Numbered from the stretch's first letter, positions 23,036 through 36,374 are shown. The stretch: DNA of 60,000 bases from Mobula hypostoma (GCF_963921235.1 NC_086109.1:33110001-33170000); one strand, 5' to 3'. Numbers and translations: made by a program. Notes: generated by a model not told the origin, from the sequence alone.

Positions 23036-26000
23036 CCTGAGTTTGTTAATGCTCCATTTAATCGTGACAGTTCAGTGTCATATCAGGTCTATCGCATCCA
23101 AACTAAATACTATGATAGCTCAGGCATTATAAAAAAAGAGATTGTTATCTGTCTTGGCTTGACATTTTGCCCTCATTCAGAGGAAAGAATGGTATCCAGG
23201 ACAGGCACAGAAAAATGTTTGCCTTGATTGTAGGTGATCAAAGTTGTTTTTTAAAATGCTGGAGCAGCACAACAGGCAAGGCAACATGATTTGCTGACTG
23301 TGTCCACATACAATATTCTGCTTTCTATTTCTGATTTCCATTATTCGCCTTGCTTCCTGAACAACCTGAACAAATGAACTGATAACCATTCCAATACAGA
23401 TACAACACTGCATCTATCTGATCATTTTGAGAATTGTCTAAGAGCTGCTCACCCAAGGCAGGGCAGATTTCATCTGGCCAGTTGCCTATATGACTGACCA
23501 TCATCATCAGCAAAGTAATGGAAACTGTCATTGCTCTATCATATCAAACTTAACACCAACAGTTTTCTTGATTAGTTGGCTTTAAGTCTCATACCAGATT
23601 TGGTCCAGGCACGGACAAAATAAGTGAAGGAGTCCATTGCTGGACGCAAGACTTGGACAATATTCAATCATTGAATGATAGATAGCAAATAACCTTTGTG
23701 TCACACATGGAAAGTGATTCACCTCCGAATTGACCAAAGACATTCTACGATTTACCAGGCATGTCAGGTGTACAGTACCTGGAAACAGGAAACTGCAGTA
23801 ACAAAACAAGTCATTCTAATTGATTTGCAAGCCCAATTCAGCACCTCAAATATTCTGTTTCTGTATCACTGGCTTACTGTAGGTGCAGTGTTTACAGTGT
23901 TTACTGTAAGTGCAGAAACTACAAAATAATCTGCAGTTTCTTGTCAGGGCTATTCCTATAACACCACTCTCCCACATCCTCTACCATGAAGAAAGAGATG
24001 AACAATAAGCACACAAGAATCCTTCTATGTCAAACAACATTCTAATTTTGAAACATATTGCAGATGCTTCATCAATATTTGACTTAAACCATTCAACCAA
24101 TATAGTGAGTGTACCTTCATCAGAAAAACTGTATTGAATCACCACCATCTAACCAAAGTCAACTAGGGTAAACAATAATGCAAAATAGTTGATTTTAATT
24201 AATTGCAGGCAACATTGGGCTAGAGGGAAAATAAGAGATCATTAATCATTATTACCTGTGATGGCAAACATTGGAAAAACATAAGACAATCTTATTTTGG
24301 GGAATTTGGCTTTGGCAGCATTTTGAGCTCTTGAAGCCATGAAGGTGAAGCTTTAAAGAGTTCTACAGTAGGTATTTGGAGCCAGTGAGAGAGGAAATTC
24401 ATCTGGGGTAGCTAGAGTCATGGTCTAGAGCATTTGTCATCAGGAGTCACAGAGAGTGCAGACTTAGTGTAGAGTGGATATTATGGGCTTCTGTAGTCCA
24501 ACAGTTTGCCAAAGTTGATTCTTTGTTGGCAAACTGATTAGTGGTGCCTCTCAGGGTCATGGGAACAATGTTGTGATCTTTCAGAAAGAGTAATAAATGT
24601 AGAATGATAGATAAGTTACAGTCGCTTTCTTTAGCTCTTTCAGCCACCAGCCCCATGTACTTGCTCAGAATGCTCAGATCAAGAAAACTGGTCAAACTGC
24701 AAAGCTCAGGTCTTCTTGTATTCTGTCCAACGTAAGTTTATGAAAGAAGTTGTCCAAGTACATTTTAAACAAGGATGTCAAAGCATAAAATAGTAACTTA
24801 AGGGAAATCATCAATGCCGTGAAAAAAATAGTACAATTTTCCTTTAAACATGATTTTGTACAGGAATTTTAATGACTGAGAAGATATTACAATTTCTGAA
24901 ATTTTTATTGGACGAATCAGCAATAATTCTTGATGTCAACACAGGAAAGCTGGTCGTGAATATCTTCAACACATTTCAGAATCAGAAACCTCAGAGGATA
25001 ATTGTAATAAAAATAACTGAGGATTGGCAAATTATTAAGACGATTTCTCAAATGGAAGAATAAATAACTTTTTATAACTGATTTCCAGGCATTTTATAAC
25101 TCGAATTGGATCTGTCCTTTACCACATAATTTAACCGGGAACAGTGTTAAGCAACTTGCTGGAGGAAGTTGGCGGGCTGAGCATCTGGAGAGCGAGGAGG
25201 AATTGCCAGCAGCAAGCAGACTATTTGTTGCTCCAGATTCCAACATCTTCCGTCTCCGAGAACAGTGTTATATTAATGTGATGTGAACGAACCAAACCGC
25301 ATAGATGTAAAACCTGCGGGTTGATTAATCCAATCTCCATCACTGACGGATGCTTTAATGACAGAAATTGGTAACAATCACAAGACGGGGTATGGACTCC
25401 ATCACTTTTGATGAAGGCAAGCTACAACGAAAACTCCCTGAACTGAAGCATAAACATTGGCTCTTTCTCCGCCGATGTTCTATCGCCTAACCTGCAGAAT
25501 ATCACCGGCACTTTTTGTTTGTAACCCACTCACAAACTATTTCCTATATACGTCCAATAGAAAATAATCCCTCAATCTCCCAAAATATGGTACAGTACAT
25601 AATTTACATCAACACCCTTATTTCCACATGCAATGTCAGTTAACTCAATTCAGAGAGAGAGACAGACAGAGACAGAGAGATGGGCAGCCTATCTCATTGG
25701 CTGGGCTTTTTCACGGTTCCGAAAGCAACTTGTTGTTTTCCCCGGATGCCTCCAGAAACAACATAAAATTTGATGAATTTTGTAAGATGTCGCTCTCCTG
25801 TAAACACTTGGAAACTCGTGTGTTCTATGTGTTTGGTTCAAGTCGTGATGTGCTAATTGATTACAGCCTTTGCTTTGGAGAATCCAGCTTTGTTAGAGTG
25901 CCGCCGTGTAGTTTTATCGCAAATCAGTTAGAATCCTGTTCTGCAACTATAAGAAATCCAAATTCGTTCGTCCAGCAGATGTTTACAAAATTACTTCATA

Positions 26001-26083
26001 TTCAGTCTAATATCAATATTGCCAACCGTGAGATAATAAGATGTTCACGCAAACTGGTTTCCATATAGAATGTAGTCTATTAC

Positions 26084-26236
26084 CATTCTTAGCATGTAGG
26101 AAGCATCCATCACTCGGGAGCGGTACTCATTGTGAGCATTGACCAGATCCTTCTTCTCTGCTTCCGAAAGAGCGAGGGTCCGCTCGGAAAACATTAAGGA
26201 AAGAAGCAGCAACGCTTTCAGTGATCCATCTGCCAT
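26084..26236 (-). CDS. PI16: PI16-like CAP protein, coding exon 1 (signal peptide and CAP start)
   Basis: ATG in a good Kozak context (gggATGG). Encodes MADGSLKALLLLSLMFSERTLA (signal-like) then LVNAHNEYRS..MLRM. 153 nt; GT donor at 26083-26082, phase 0. Confidence 0.85.
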
Positions 26237-26334
26237 CCCTTATCCTGGGCTGGTGGCAACGCAGATCAGATAAGCTAGGCTTTACGGGTGAGGACCCAGT
26301 CAAAGAACAGCGAGAACGTAGCTCAGTACTCATG

Positions 26335-26340
26335 TTTATA
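26335..26340 (-). promoter_or_regulatory. candidate TATA box of the PI16-like gene
   Basis: TATAAA on the minus strand about 100 nt upstream of the ATG. Confidence 0.45.
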
Positions 26341-26754
26341 ACGGTGGAAACAATGACGCGCCTACTTTGATTTGCTCTCCTTTTTGGAAATAAAACCGCA
26401 ATAATTCTAGGTTCCAAAAACAGCTGACGCCTGATGGAACATGTGTTATTAAATGGAGAGCACCCGAGGGAGATCTTGATGGCATGGGTGGAGAAAGTAG
26501 GCTGAACGATGCTCCAAGCCATTAATGAATGGACGTATATTATATACTTCCCTACGGTGTGCCCCATGGCACAATGCCCCGAAGGTTCACTATCTTGTGA
26601 ATCAGATAGCAAGTTATCCCTTGGGTTTCATGCAATTAAGATAATTATAGGATGACTATAATCATTCTTCTTCTTAGGTAGTTTTTCCTTGCAGAGGATG
26701 CTTTGAATCCACTCCAGTGTTATGGGTTTCTAGACCAATAATCTGGTGGAGGTA

Positions 26755-27400
26755 TCACAAACAGGAGAAAATCTGTGGATGCTGGAAATCCAACTCAAAG
26801 CTGCATTGGGAGATCGCTTCGCCGAGCGCCTACGCTCCGTCCGCCAGAAAAAGCAGGATCTCCCGGTAGCCACCCGTTTCAGTTCCATTTCCCATTTCCA
26901 TTCCGAATGTCAGTCATGGCCTCCTCTACTGCCGCGAAGAGGCAGTAGAATAGCACCTTATATTCTTTCTAGGTAGCCTCCAAACTGATGGTATGAATAT
27001 TGATTTCTCGAATTTTCGATATCTCCCCACACCCCTCCCCCACCATTCCCCGTTCCTGTTTTCCCTTTCTCAGCTTATCTCCTTACCTGCCCATCACCAC
27101 CTCCCTCCGGCGCTCCTGCTCCTTCTCTTTCTTCCACGGTCGTCTATCCTCTCCAATCAGATTACCCCTCGTCCAGTCCTTTATCTCCTTCACTAATCAG
27201 CTCTTTTCTTCATCCCTCACCCTCCCCCCGCCGCCTCCCAGTTTCACCTATCAGCTACCACCTTGTATTTCTCCTTCCCCTCTCCCATCTTTTTACTCCG
27301 ACTTCTCATCTTTCTTTCCAGTCCCGATGAAGAGTCTTGGCCCGAAACGGCAACTGCACTTTGTACCATAGATGCTGCCTGGCCAGCTGAGTTCCTCTAG
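26755..27400 (+). mobile_element. Penelope-like element 3' fragment (GIY-YIG C-terminus and pLTR, degenerate hammerhead at ~27320-27355)
   Basis: LGDRFAERLRSVRQKKQDLPVATRF and GMNIDFSNF, then a pyrimidine-rich pLTR; short inverted tail piece at the 5' end. Confidence 0.85.
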
Positions 27401-27495
27401 CAACAGGAATTCTGCAGATGCTGGAAATTCAAGCAACACACATCAAAGTTGCTGGTGAACGCAGCAGGCCAGGCAGCATCTCTAGGAAGAGGCAC

Positions 27496-27531
27496 AGTCG
27501 ACGTTTCAGGCCGAGACCCTTCGTCAGGGCT
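27496..27531 (-). ncRNA. minimal hammerhead ribozyme motif (stem I mismatch)
   Basis: AGCC-CUGACGA-AGG-gucucgg-CCU-GAAA-CG-UC^GACU. Confidence 0.6.
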
Positions 27532-28827
27532 AACTGAAGGAAGAGTTCGTAAGAGATTTGAAAGTGGGAGGGGGAGATCCAAAATGATAGGAGAAGACAG
27601 GAGGGAGAGGGACGGAGCCAAGAGCTGGACAGGTGATTGGCAAAGGGGATATGAGAGGATCATGAGACAGGAGGTCCGGGGAGAAAGACAAGGTGGCGGG
27701 GTGGGGGGGGAACCCAGAGGATGGGCAAGGGGTATAGTGAGAGGGACAGAGGGCGAAAAAGGAGAGTGAGAGAAAGAATGTGTGTGTAAAAATAAATAAC
27801 GATTGGGGTACGAGGGGGAGGTGGGGCATTAGTGGAAGTTAGAGAAGTCAATGTTCATGCCATCAGGTTGGAGGCTACCCAGACGGAATATAAGGTGTTG
27901 TTCCTCCAACCTGAGTGTGGCTTCATCTTTACAGTAGAGGAGGCCATGGATAGACATGTCAGAATGGGAATGGGATGCAGAATTAAAATGTGTGGCTATT
28001 GGGAGATCCTGCTTTCTCTGGCGGACAGAGCGTGGGTGTTCAGCAAAACGGTCTCCCAGTCTGCGTCGGGTCTCGCCAATATATAGAAGGCCACATCGGG
28101 AGCACCGGACGCAGTATATTACCCCAGCCGACTCACAGGTGAAGTGTCGCCTCACCTGGAAGGACTGTCTGGGGCCCTGAATGGTGGTAAGGGAGGAAGT
28201 GTAAGGGCATGTGTAGCACTTGCTCCGCTTACGAGGATAAGTGCCAGGAGGGAGATCAGTGGGGAGGGACTGGGGGGACGGACGAATGGACAAGGGAGTT
28301 GCGTAGGGAGCGATCCCTGCGGAAAGCAGAGAGAGGGAGGGAGGGAAGGATGTGCTTAGTGGTGGGATCCCCTTGGAGGTGGCGGAAGTTACGGAGCATA
28401 ACATGTTGGATCCGGAGGCTGGTGGGGTGGTAGGTGGGGACCAGGGGAACCCTATTCCTAGTGGGGTGGCGGGAGGATGGAGTGAGAGCAGGTGTGCGTG
28501 AAATGAGGAACATTGACTTCTCTAACTTCCGCTAATGCCCCACCTCCCCCTCGTACCCCATCCGTTATTTATTTTTATACACACTTTCTTTCTCTCACTC
28601 TCCTTTTTCTCCCTTTGTCCCTCTGACTATACCCCTTGCCCATCCTCTGGGTCCCCCCCCCTTGTCTTTCTCCCCTATCTTCCCGTCCCATGATCCTCTT
28701 ATATCCCCTTTGCCAATCACCCGTCCAGTTCTTGGCTCCATCCCTCCCCCTCCTGTCTTCTCCTATCATTTTGGATCTCCACCACCCCCTCCCACTTTCA
28801 AATCTCTTACTAACTCTTCCTTCAGTT

Positions 28828-28863
28828 AGTCCTGACGAAGGGTCTCGGCCTGAAACGTCGACT
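28828..28863 (+). ncRNA. minimal type I hammerhead ribozyme motif
   Basis: AGUC-CUGACGA-AGG-gucucgg-CCU-GAAA-CG-UC^GACU; predicted cleavage after 28859. Confidence 0.75.
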
Positions 28864-31619
28864 GTACCTCTTCCTAGAGATGCTGCCTGGCCTGCTGCGT
28901 TCACCAGCAACTTTGAGTTCTAGAGTTGTTTGTGTGTTAACCTGGTGGAGGTGCTTTAGGAACGGTAGTTTTTGCTGATTCAAAGCTCATTTTTATGAGC
29001 GTTGTGTATTTGCAAAGCTCCTCAAGGTACATGAAATCTTTGCTGTTTTACTTTGGGCACAGTACAGGAATTATCATGAATTATTGAGATGTTGGTTTCA
29101 TTTTGAAGGAAGCTTTTGGAACAACCATGAGGTCTTCCTCATTCCTCCTGGCATTCTCTTGCAGCAATGGAGTTCAGAATAAAATTCATTTTCACAGAAG
29201 TCTGGTATCAAAAACATAGCAAGAGCTGATCGAGTATTACTGGAGTCCCAATGCTACACACGTTGGCCTAGAAGAGGGCGCTAATTAACACTTTGCTTTT
29301 CTTACAAGTTGATTGTCAACACGCTGGTAGGCACTCTCCACTGTTCCGGGTTGACTGAAGTATGGAACACAAATCCCATGTCTCGGAGAATGGGGATCAC
29401 TATGATTCACGAGGCCAAAAGCTGTGCTAGGGCATCGGGAGTGAATTTCACATCAATGCTTGCCTTTGCTGAAAGGTCGTTCATGATTGCAAAGTTAATC
29501 ATGACAAAAAGGCTCTTATAATAGCCCTTTACTCTTCTGCTACAGGGAAGGTTCGTGGAGGTGCTTTGACTTATTCTTATTGTAAAGAATAATGTGTAGT
29601 TAAGTAAACGAGTCCAAGGGATTTCCCATCTGTCCTATAAAATAACTCCTTCAGAAAGGAAAGCTTAATGGAAGTAATGTGCAACTTTGGGATGGGAAAG
29701 CTTGAGGGGGGTTTTAGGGCAGTGATACAGCCTCGTTTGGCCCTAACTGATGTAATATTGAGGTACATTTCAGAGGGAAGTTCTTCATAATCCCTCTTGG
29801 TTGACAGATACCTTCCATGGGGCTGAGGATGGCCACTAATAAATGACTGAAGACCGACTGCTCCTTGTTTTCTCAGGGTTGTCACATGGCTCTAGTACCT
29901 CTTCATGGATGAACATAAGCTGAGAATAGACAGAAACAGAGAGGTAATGATATAATTAGTTTTGACTGTCATCATAGTTGGCCTGGATCAAAGACCCTAT
30001 TCTTGTGTTGTACAGTTTGGGTTGGAAGCTGCCAACATTTAAAGACATTCTACCTAAACAGAAATCAATTAGAAATCAGAGGAGAAAATTTAATTGGAAA
30101 AGTCTTGCAAAGTGTTAACATGAACTGATGGACAAGGCTTCTTCCTGTAACTCCTATACAAAGAAAAAAGTCAGCTTTGGTCTGAATAGTCCATCAATTT
30201 CCAAATGTTCATGTCATGAAAGTGTTTTTCTTTTCCCTTTGCTGACATTCAGTAGTTTGGACAACTCTCCAAAAATCTGGAAATATTTGTACAGTATAGT
30301 TGAGCTTAGGCATAACAGATATTGTCATTCCCCAGGATCCATTCCAAATTATGATTCAGTGACAAAAGAAATTGTAAACAAAATATCTGTTTCTATCTCC
30401 ACCCTTGTGGACATTAATCCAAGGCACAGCTGCTAGAAAAATTGAAACAAGCCTCGGGAAAAAAATCCCTTATATTGTAGTTTATTGTTTATTTAGTTTT
30501 AAATAATTGTAAATTTTATTGGTTTTACAGCAAAGGAAGCCATTCAGCTCATTCGGGACAAAGAGAGAGAGCACTATTTTGATTACTCTCACCTTCCAAC
30601 GTGTCTCATAAGTTACCTTTCAAGCATTCAGAGTGTTACATTTAAAATGAAACTGCAGCAATATGCTGGGTGGAGAGGGTTGTACCTCTACCACCCTTTT
30701 AGGCATGTCCAAAGATTTTTCTTTGTCTGAACTCCCTTCTAATGTCCCTAACAATTAATCAATGCTGCTCATTACTAAACTAATTCAATCCTCTCTATCT
30801 TTATTTCCAAGTCTCCACAAGCCAGTTGCTGGCAACACTTCCATAAATCTCATCTGCACCATGTCTGGTGTTGTCCCATACTGCAGTATGGTAACCACAA
30901 CAAAACACAGTGCTCCACTTTCGATCTCAATTATGCCATTTTGTTTTACAGCATTACATCTATCTTTATATTAAATATCTCAGGCAATACAAACAAAAAC
31001 AGAATCTATTTTTTTTCTATATGAACTCTTGCTGGCATAATTTCATGCTGGTAGATAATTGTGTGTATAAATATTAAGTAAGGTACAGAATGATTTTGCA
31101 GTACTCCTCATTGAGTGTAATAGAACTAAAATGGGTTGTTCATGTCATACTGGCCAGTGATTTACTTTAAAACATCTGCCTGATTATCATTTCCATGCTG
31201 TAATTAGTGTAGCAAAGACTTGCTAAGATAGAGTTGTAACTGAAAATCCAAACTTCTGTAAGCTTTCTGAATAACTAGAAGTACCATGGGATTCTTCTAT
31301 AAGAATAAATTCCAATTACAAGGGAATTCACAACTTCTGAATTGATTTAAGTTAACTATGATCTTGGAATTAGAAACAACACATGAAGAGCGGGCTATGA
31401 TTAGACCTTCAGCTTGCATAAACATACAGCAGTATTTCAAATGCAACTACATAGAGAAGGCAATCAAAGCTTGAAAGAAAACCTATTGAAACTAAATACG
31501 ATTCAAATTTCCTTTCTGAATTTAACTGCAATCTCAAAAACAAAACAATAGGGAAGAAAATTAGTGAACAATCAGACAAGAGACTCCCACCTGAGAGGAA
31601 AATAAGTGTTATGATGACT

Positions 31620-32465
31620 ATATGCCATCTATTAGGGGTTCCTGTGGGAATAAAAGATTGTCACGAATCAATGTATGTTCAACAAATGGCGGGTTGAGTT
31701 CAATCTGGAACAATGCAGTTGGGTCAAACTAGAAGGCAGAGTACAAGAGTAAAAGCAGGATTCTTGGCAGTGTGAAGGACAGAGAGGTCTTGGGGTCCAA
31801 GACAGTAAATTCCACAAAGTTGCCACACAAGTAGGGTGGCTAAGAAGGCAGATGATGTGTTGGCCTTCAATAGTTGGGAGAGTGAGTTCAAGAGCTGCAG
31901 GGTGATGATGTAGGTCTATAAAACTCTGGTGAAACCATACTTGGGAGTATTGTGTTCAGCTCTGGTCACCTTATTATAGGAAGGTTGTGGAAGCTTTAGA
32001 GAAGATGTAGAGGAGATTTACCAGGATAATGCCTGGATAAGAGAACATGTTTTTTATGTGAAAGGATTGAGTGAGCTAGGAATTTTCAACAGGAGGATGA
32101 AAGGCGATTTGATAGAGATAAATAAGATTATGAGAGGCTTACTGTGGACAGCTAGTACTTTTTTTTTTATTTTAACCCCAGGGCAGTAATGGCTAGTACC
32201 AGAGAACATCTTTTTAATGTGAGTGGAGGAAAGTTTAGGGGAGATATTAGAGGTAGCTTTTATTTTAAACTACACCCAAGAGTGGTAAGTGCCCCTAATG
32301 CACTGCAGAGTGCTGATTGAGGCTGATACATTAAGGACAATTAAAGGACACATGGGTGAAAGAAAAATGGGCTATGTGTGAAGGAGGGCTTAGATTGATC
32401 GAGGAATTGGTTTATATAGGTCAGGGCCAAAGGGCCCATACTGTATTGTACTGTTCAATATTCAA
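31620..32465 (+). mobile_element. CR1 LINE 3' portion, decayed
   Basis: tataaaactctggtgaaaccatacttgggagtattgtgttcag (YKTLVKP..EYCVQ) and a CR1-type 3' end. Confidence 0.85.
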
Positions 32466-34359
32466 AATGGCTACTCATTCTTAGTAATATTCAGAGGTAT
32501 GTAGGATACTACATATTCTAACAGAAGTTATTTACTTAAAAACAGTCATGAGTGATTGAAAACTTACCAGGTCACATAGCATGAGTGCAAAACACAGATA
32601 TGCTAGCAGTTCAGGCACTGGTGTTTATCATATGAAACAATACTTATAATGCTTAATAATTTCTGAATAAAATTGACCATTTCTTTTCAGTAAACAGTAA
32701 CATCTGTGTAATTGTCAGAAGACAATCAATAGGATTTCACACACGTGAGGTGTGTTGGAAAATAATCCATGAAGACAAAGATGTCACGATTTTTTGAACA
32801 TTTACACCAATCATAAATCTGTTAGAAGTCACAATGTAACAATCAAAAATATTTCTAAAATTTCAGCACACACATGAATAAAACAATGAACAAAATGTTA
32901 GTTTCCACAAATTTTGCTGCCCTTGTGCTTCTACTTAATTTTCTGATTCATCTATAAGTACTGCAACACACCACTGGATTACAGCGATATTGCCCCCAGA
33001 AAACAGTATCACAATTTCCCATAATGCAAATCCTTGACAAACATGGGCAAATTTTGTTGCTTGTTTTATATTTTGCATTTCTTTAGTTATTTTCCCTCAT
33101 ATTCTGGAAGGGCAAATTTCCATTCCCTGAACAGCCAGAAAATGGGGTACACTGCAATTTTTTTCATGTCACATTAAGAATTAATCATCACAAAAATAAA
33201 CTTAAAACACTAGATTGTGCATGAGTTTTATGTGGCTTGTAACTCATTAGAAAAAGTAGTGCCTCTTGTCTGGACTCTCACGATACTCACATTATTATTC
33301 AATTCATGCATGATCCAATTCTCTTGTGTTTAGTGGTAGAATACACTAAAAACTGAAAGTGACTGAATGACTGTGTGTAAAAATATAATGTATTACAAGA
33401 GTTCATCACGTTCAAACTGATACTACAGATTGCAAAGTGATGGCATCAAAGGGGTTTTTATTCCCCCTTTTTATGGCCTACAACAAAAGTGAGGGTTGCA
33501 ATAACACTTGAAACAAATTTTATTTTGAACATACCATTAAATTGCTTAAACATATTTGTGATTCAAATATTTAGCTTTTTCAAAAAAAAACCAAGGCAAA
33601 TATTTCAATGATTTTTAACATTATACATATACAAATATATAAAATATGTACACAGAGGCCTCATTATTATTATTGTCAATTTTCTAAGTCACCAGATTTT
33701 ATACAAATTCTATTTTGTAGCAGTCATAATTTTACACACAAATGTTTTGCTTGAAGCAAAGCAGTAAGAATTGTACCATTATTTTCCTTTCTTGGAGAAT
33801 ATTTTATCCTCATTCTCCAAAATTTAATATTGTCTTCTGCTCATTCCATTTAATGACTAATAAACTTCTGTTTCATTCTAAAGGAACAGTAATTTATTAA
33901 TGACTTCTCCCTGAAAATATTAATAATTTATTCTGCATCATTAGTTAACTAAGACCACAAGCAAAAAGTCAAAAGTAAAATATTTTATTTCCTCGAGCTT
34001 TAATATATTGTGCATTTTATCAAATAAGTGTTTACACATAACCAAAGAGGAACTTTAGATGGTGAAAGACATCTGAAACTCAGGAAGTACATTGGGCATT
34101 TCAAAAGTCAATGACACAGATAGTACTTGGGATTGATGTGCATTGCAGTCAATAGATTTCAAAGTGATAGTCCACGTGTAAAAATTGAAGTATAACTTTG
34201 GAACACAAATCCAAGCTCACCAGTGCAGATCAGTCATAATTTTTTGAATTGGTGGTGCAGACTCAAGGGGCTGAATGGCTCACTTCTGCACCCGATTTAA
34301 GACTTTAATAACAGCAATTTTGCATAGAAATGATGTAACAGAGCCAAAAGCGTCCCGAA

Positions 34360-34442
34360 TTAGATGGATCCAACACAAATAATAACAGTTTGCTCTCCAG
34401 CTGGTGAAATGGTCATCTGCCAATAATTTGAATTCGCATAAA
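34360..34442 (-). CDS. C6orf89: C6orf89 orthologue, last coding exon
   Basis: gttttgcag acceptor, phase 1. (V)YANSNYWQMTISPAGEQTVIICVGSI* resembles human YVDTTHWKV..QPLVICDG. An AT-rich 3' UTR follows, with AATAAA candidates (e.g. 33519-33524). Confidence 0.82.
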
Positions 34443-35069
34443 CTGCAAAACAGTATTTTAAAATAGTCAAGTAAATGCAGTTAATAGAGTGTAATAAATA
34501 AACATCATACCTCTTTACCCCATCTACAGGAAGTAGTTGAGCATGAATTAATTTGAGTATTGAAAAGGCAAGATGAACTTAAATGGGAAGAAGCACACGT
34601 GGCCAGTTAGCACTGTAAATGGTCTATTGGACGACATGGCACGTTTTATTTAGTAGATTGTAATGTGATCAATTTTGTAGTTTGTACAGAATTAGCAAAG
34701 ACTTAGGGAAAAAATTAGGAGCACCATTTTGCAGACTTCTAATAAAAATAAGAAAGTAATTTACTGTTTCATCATGAGCAAGGCACCTCATGTAGCATGG
34801 TCTGTTGCTTGGGATTGTAATAAAAGCATTCTGTAAAACAAGGATTAGTAATGTGCCAATGCAACATCAGATAATTTTGCAAACCATCTCAGGTTGCTTG
34901 CAATTGTGCATGCTTGATTTTTTGATTCCAGAACAATGCAAACAAAAATGTTCTTTATTCTTTAAATTAAATAAATCCTCCATTCAATAATAGATATTTT
35001 GTACCTCAATACTTTGAAAATTATGACATTAACATTATTAATAAAGGAGTAAAGAATAAAGAAACACTG

Positions 35070-35315
35070 AATTAGAACAGAGCTGGGGAGGAATTTCTTT
35101 AGCTAGAGGGTAGCGAATCTGTGGAATTTGTTATGGAGGCCAAGACGATGGGTATATTTAAAGCAAAGGCTGATAGGTTCTATATTAGTAAGAGTGTTAA
35201 ATATCAAGAGAAGGCAGGGGAATGGGGATGAAAGGGAAGAATAAATCAATCATGATTGAATAGCGGAGCAGATTCTATGAGTTGAATGGCCTAACTCTGC
35301 TCCTATGTCTTATGA
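35070..35315 (+). mobile_element. CR1 LINE 3' end fragment
   Basis: aggaatttctttagctagagggtagcgaatctgtggaat ... gaatggcctaactctgctcctatgtcttatg. Confidence 0.75.
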
Positions 35316-36097
35316 TTACAATTCCAACATTCAGCTCAAGCTAATAGTGAACAATTTGGTTTATCAAAATATGTCTTTTTATTATTCATAGATTTTAAAA
35401 TTCTTCTTCTCATTTATAAATCCATTAGCTTACTGGGGAAAGCAGAACCAGGAGGTAGTTACCATTCCATGGAGTCTGGTCATTTCAACTGTGTACACAG
35501 TGAAACATTGTAGGACTCTACAGCCAAGACTTTCCACTGATATTATGTACAGTATGAAACAGACCGTCTGGTTTAATCATAGATAGCTGCATCTTTTATT
35601 AAGTTCAGCCACAAATTTAATCCATTTCAGATAAAGGAAATATTGCCTGGGCCACATTTTCTGATGTGCGATTTTCACGCTCATGCAATTGGTCAATGGT
35701 GGACTAGGTGCATAGCACCAGTGATTGGTAAAGCACCTGAAAGAAAAAGGTGAAGAGGATTCTGTCCTAGCGCACCTGCGTACAACTGTCCACAACCAGC
35801 ATATATACATATAAATAGCTACATATTTCTTCTGTTGTGTTACATTATAAACAGCGGTCATTGTTACAGTGGCGCACACCTGGTGATAGCCATTGAACCT
35901 TTGGTACTGCTGATGAAGCAGTATTTTCTGCACTTCATATTCATTCTCTTTCATTTTCTCTCTCACACACACAAACACGCCAAAGCTACGGAGAAGACTG
36001 AATGGAAGCTTAAACCAAGATGACCACTAAAACAGACTGTAATTCTTTTCTTCTTAAGGAATTCATGTTTAACTAAAATGGATTACATCCTTTAGAT

Positions 36098-36262
36098 CAG
36101 TGGGCCCCAACGTCCGAGCCGCGAAGCATGCAGGGGTGCAGGGGTGCAGCGGTAGCCGAACTTTTTTCTTAAAGATGTGCTGGGTACGTTCCGGCTACTG
36201 CTGCACCCCTGCATGCTTCTCGGCCCAGTATCAGTCTGCGGCCCAGAGGTTGGGGACCACTG
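36098..36262. mobile_element. hAT (Charlie-like) MITE, 165 bp
   Basis: TIRs CAGTGG(G/T)CCCCAAC; perfect 8-bp TSD CTTTAGAT at 36090-36097 and 36263-36270; internally palindromic. Confidence 0.95.
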
Positions 36263-36374
36263 CTTTAGATGATGCCTATTTCTTTTGCTGGTGACCTGGG
36301 AGAAAGAGCAACACATCCACTCACATACAATATGAAAACAATGAGAACACAAAACAGTAAACTTTACTACCTAC

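Larger units (their letters stand above)
27401..28916 (-). mobile_element. young Penelope-like element (Neptune-type) with GIY-YIG endonuclease and inverted pseudo-LTR
   Basis: Linker (VPLVPTYHP..AFRRDRSLRNSLVHS), CxxC, VIYCVRCSRCGLLYIGET..RFAEH..HF..LQPDGMN, with one frameshift near 28270. Arms 27443-27856 and 28508-28916 are inverted copies. Confidence 0.92.

Noticed and set aside
27320..27355. Additional functional hammerheads (also ~21010, ~21875, ~42533, ~42730)
   Set aside because: Core nucleotides (CUGANGA, GAAA or the cleavage triplet) are mutated; treated as decayed copies.
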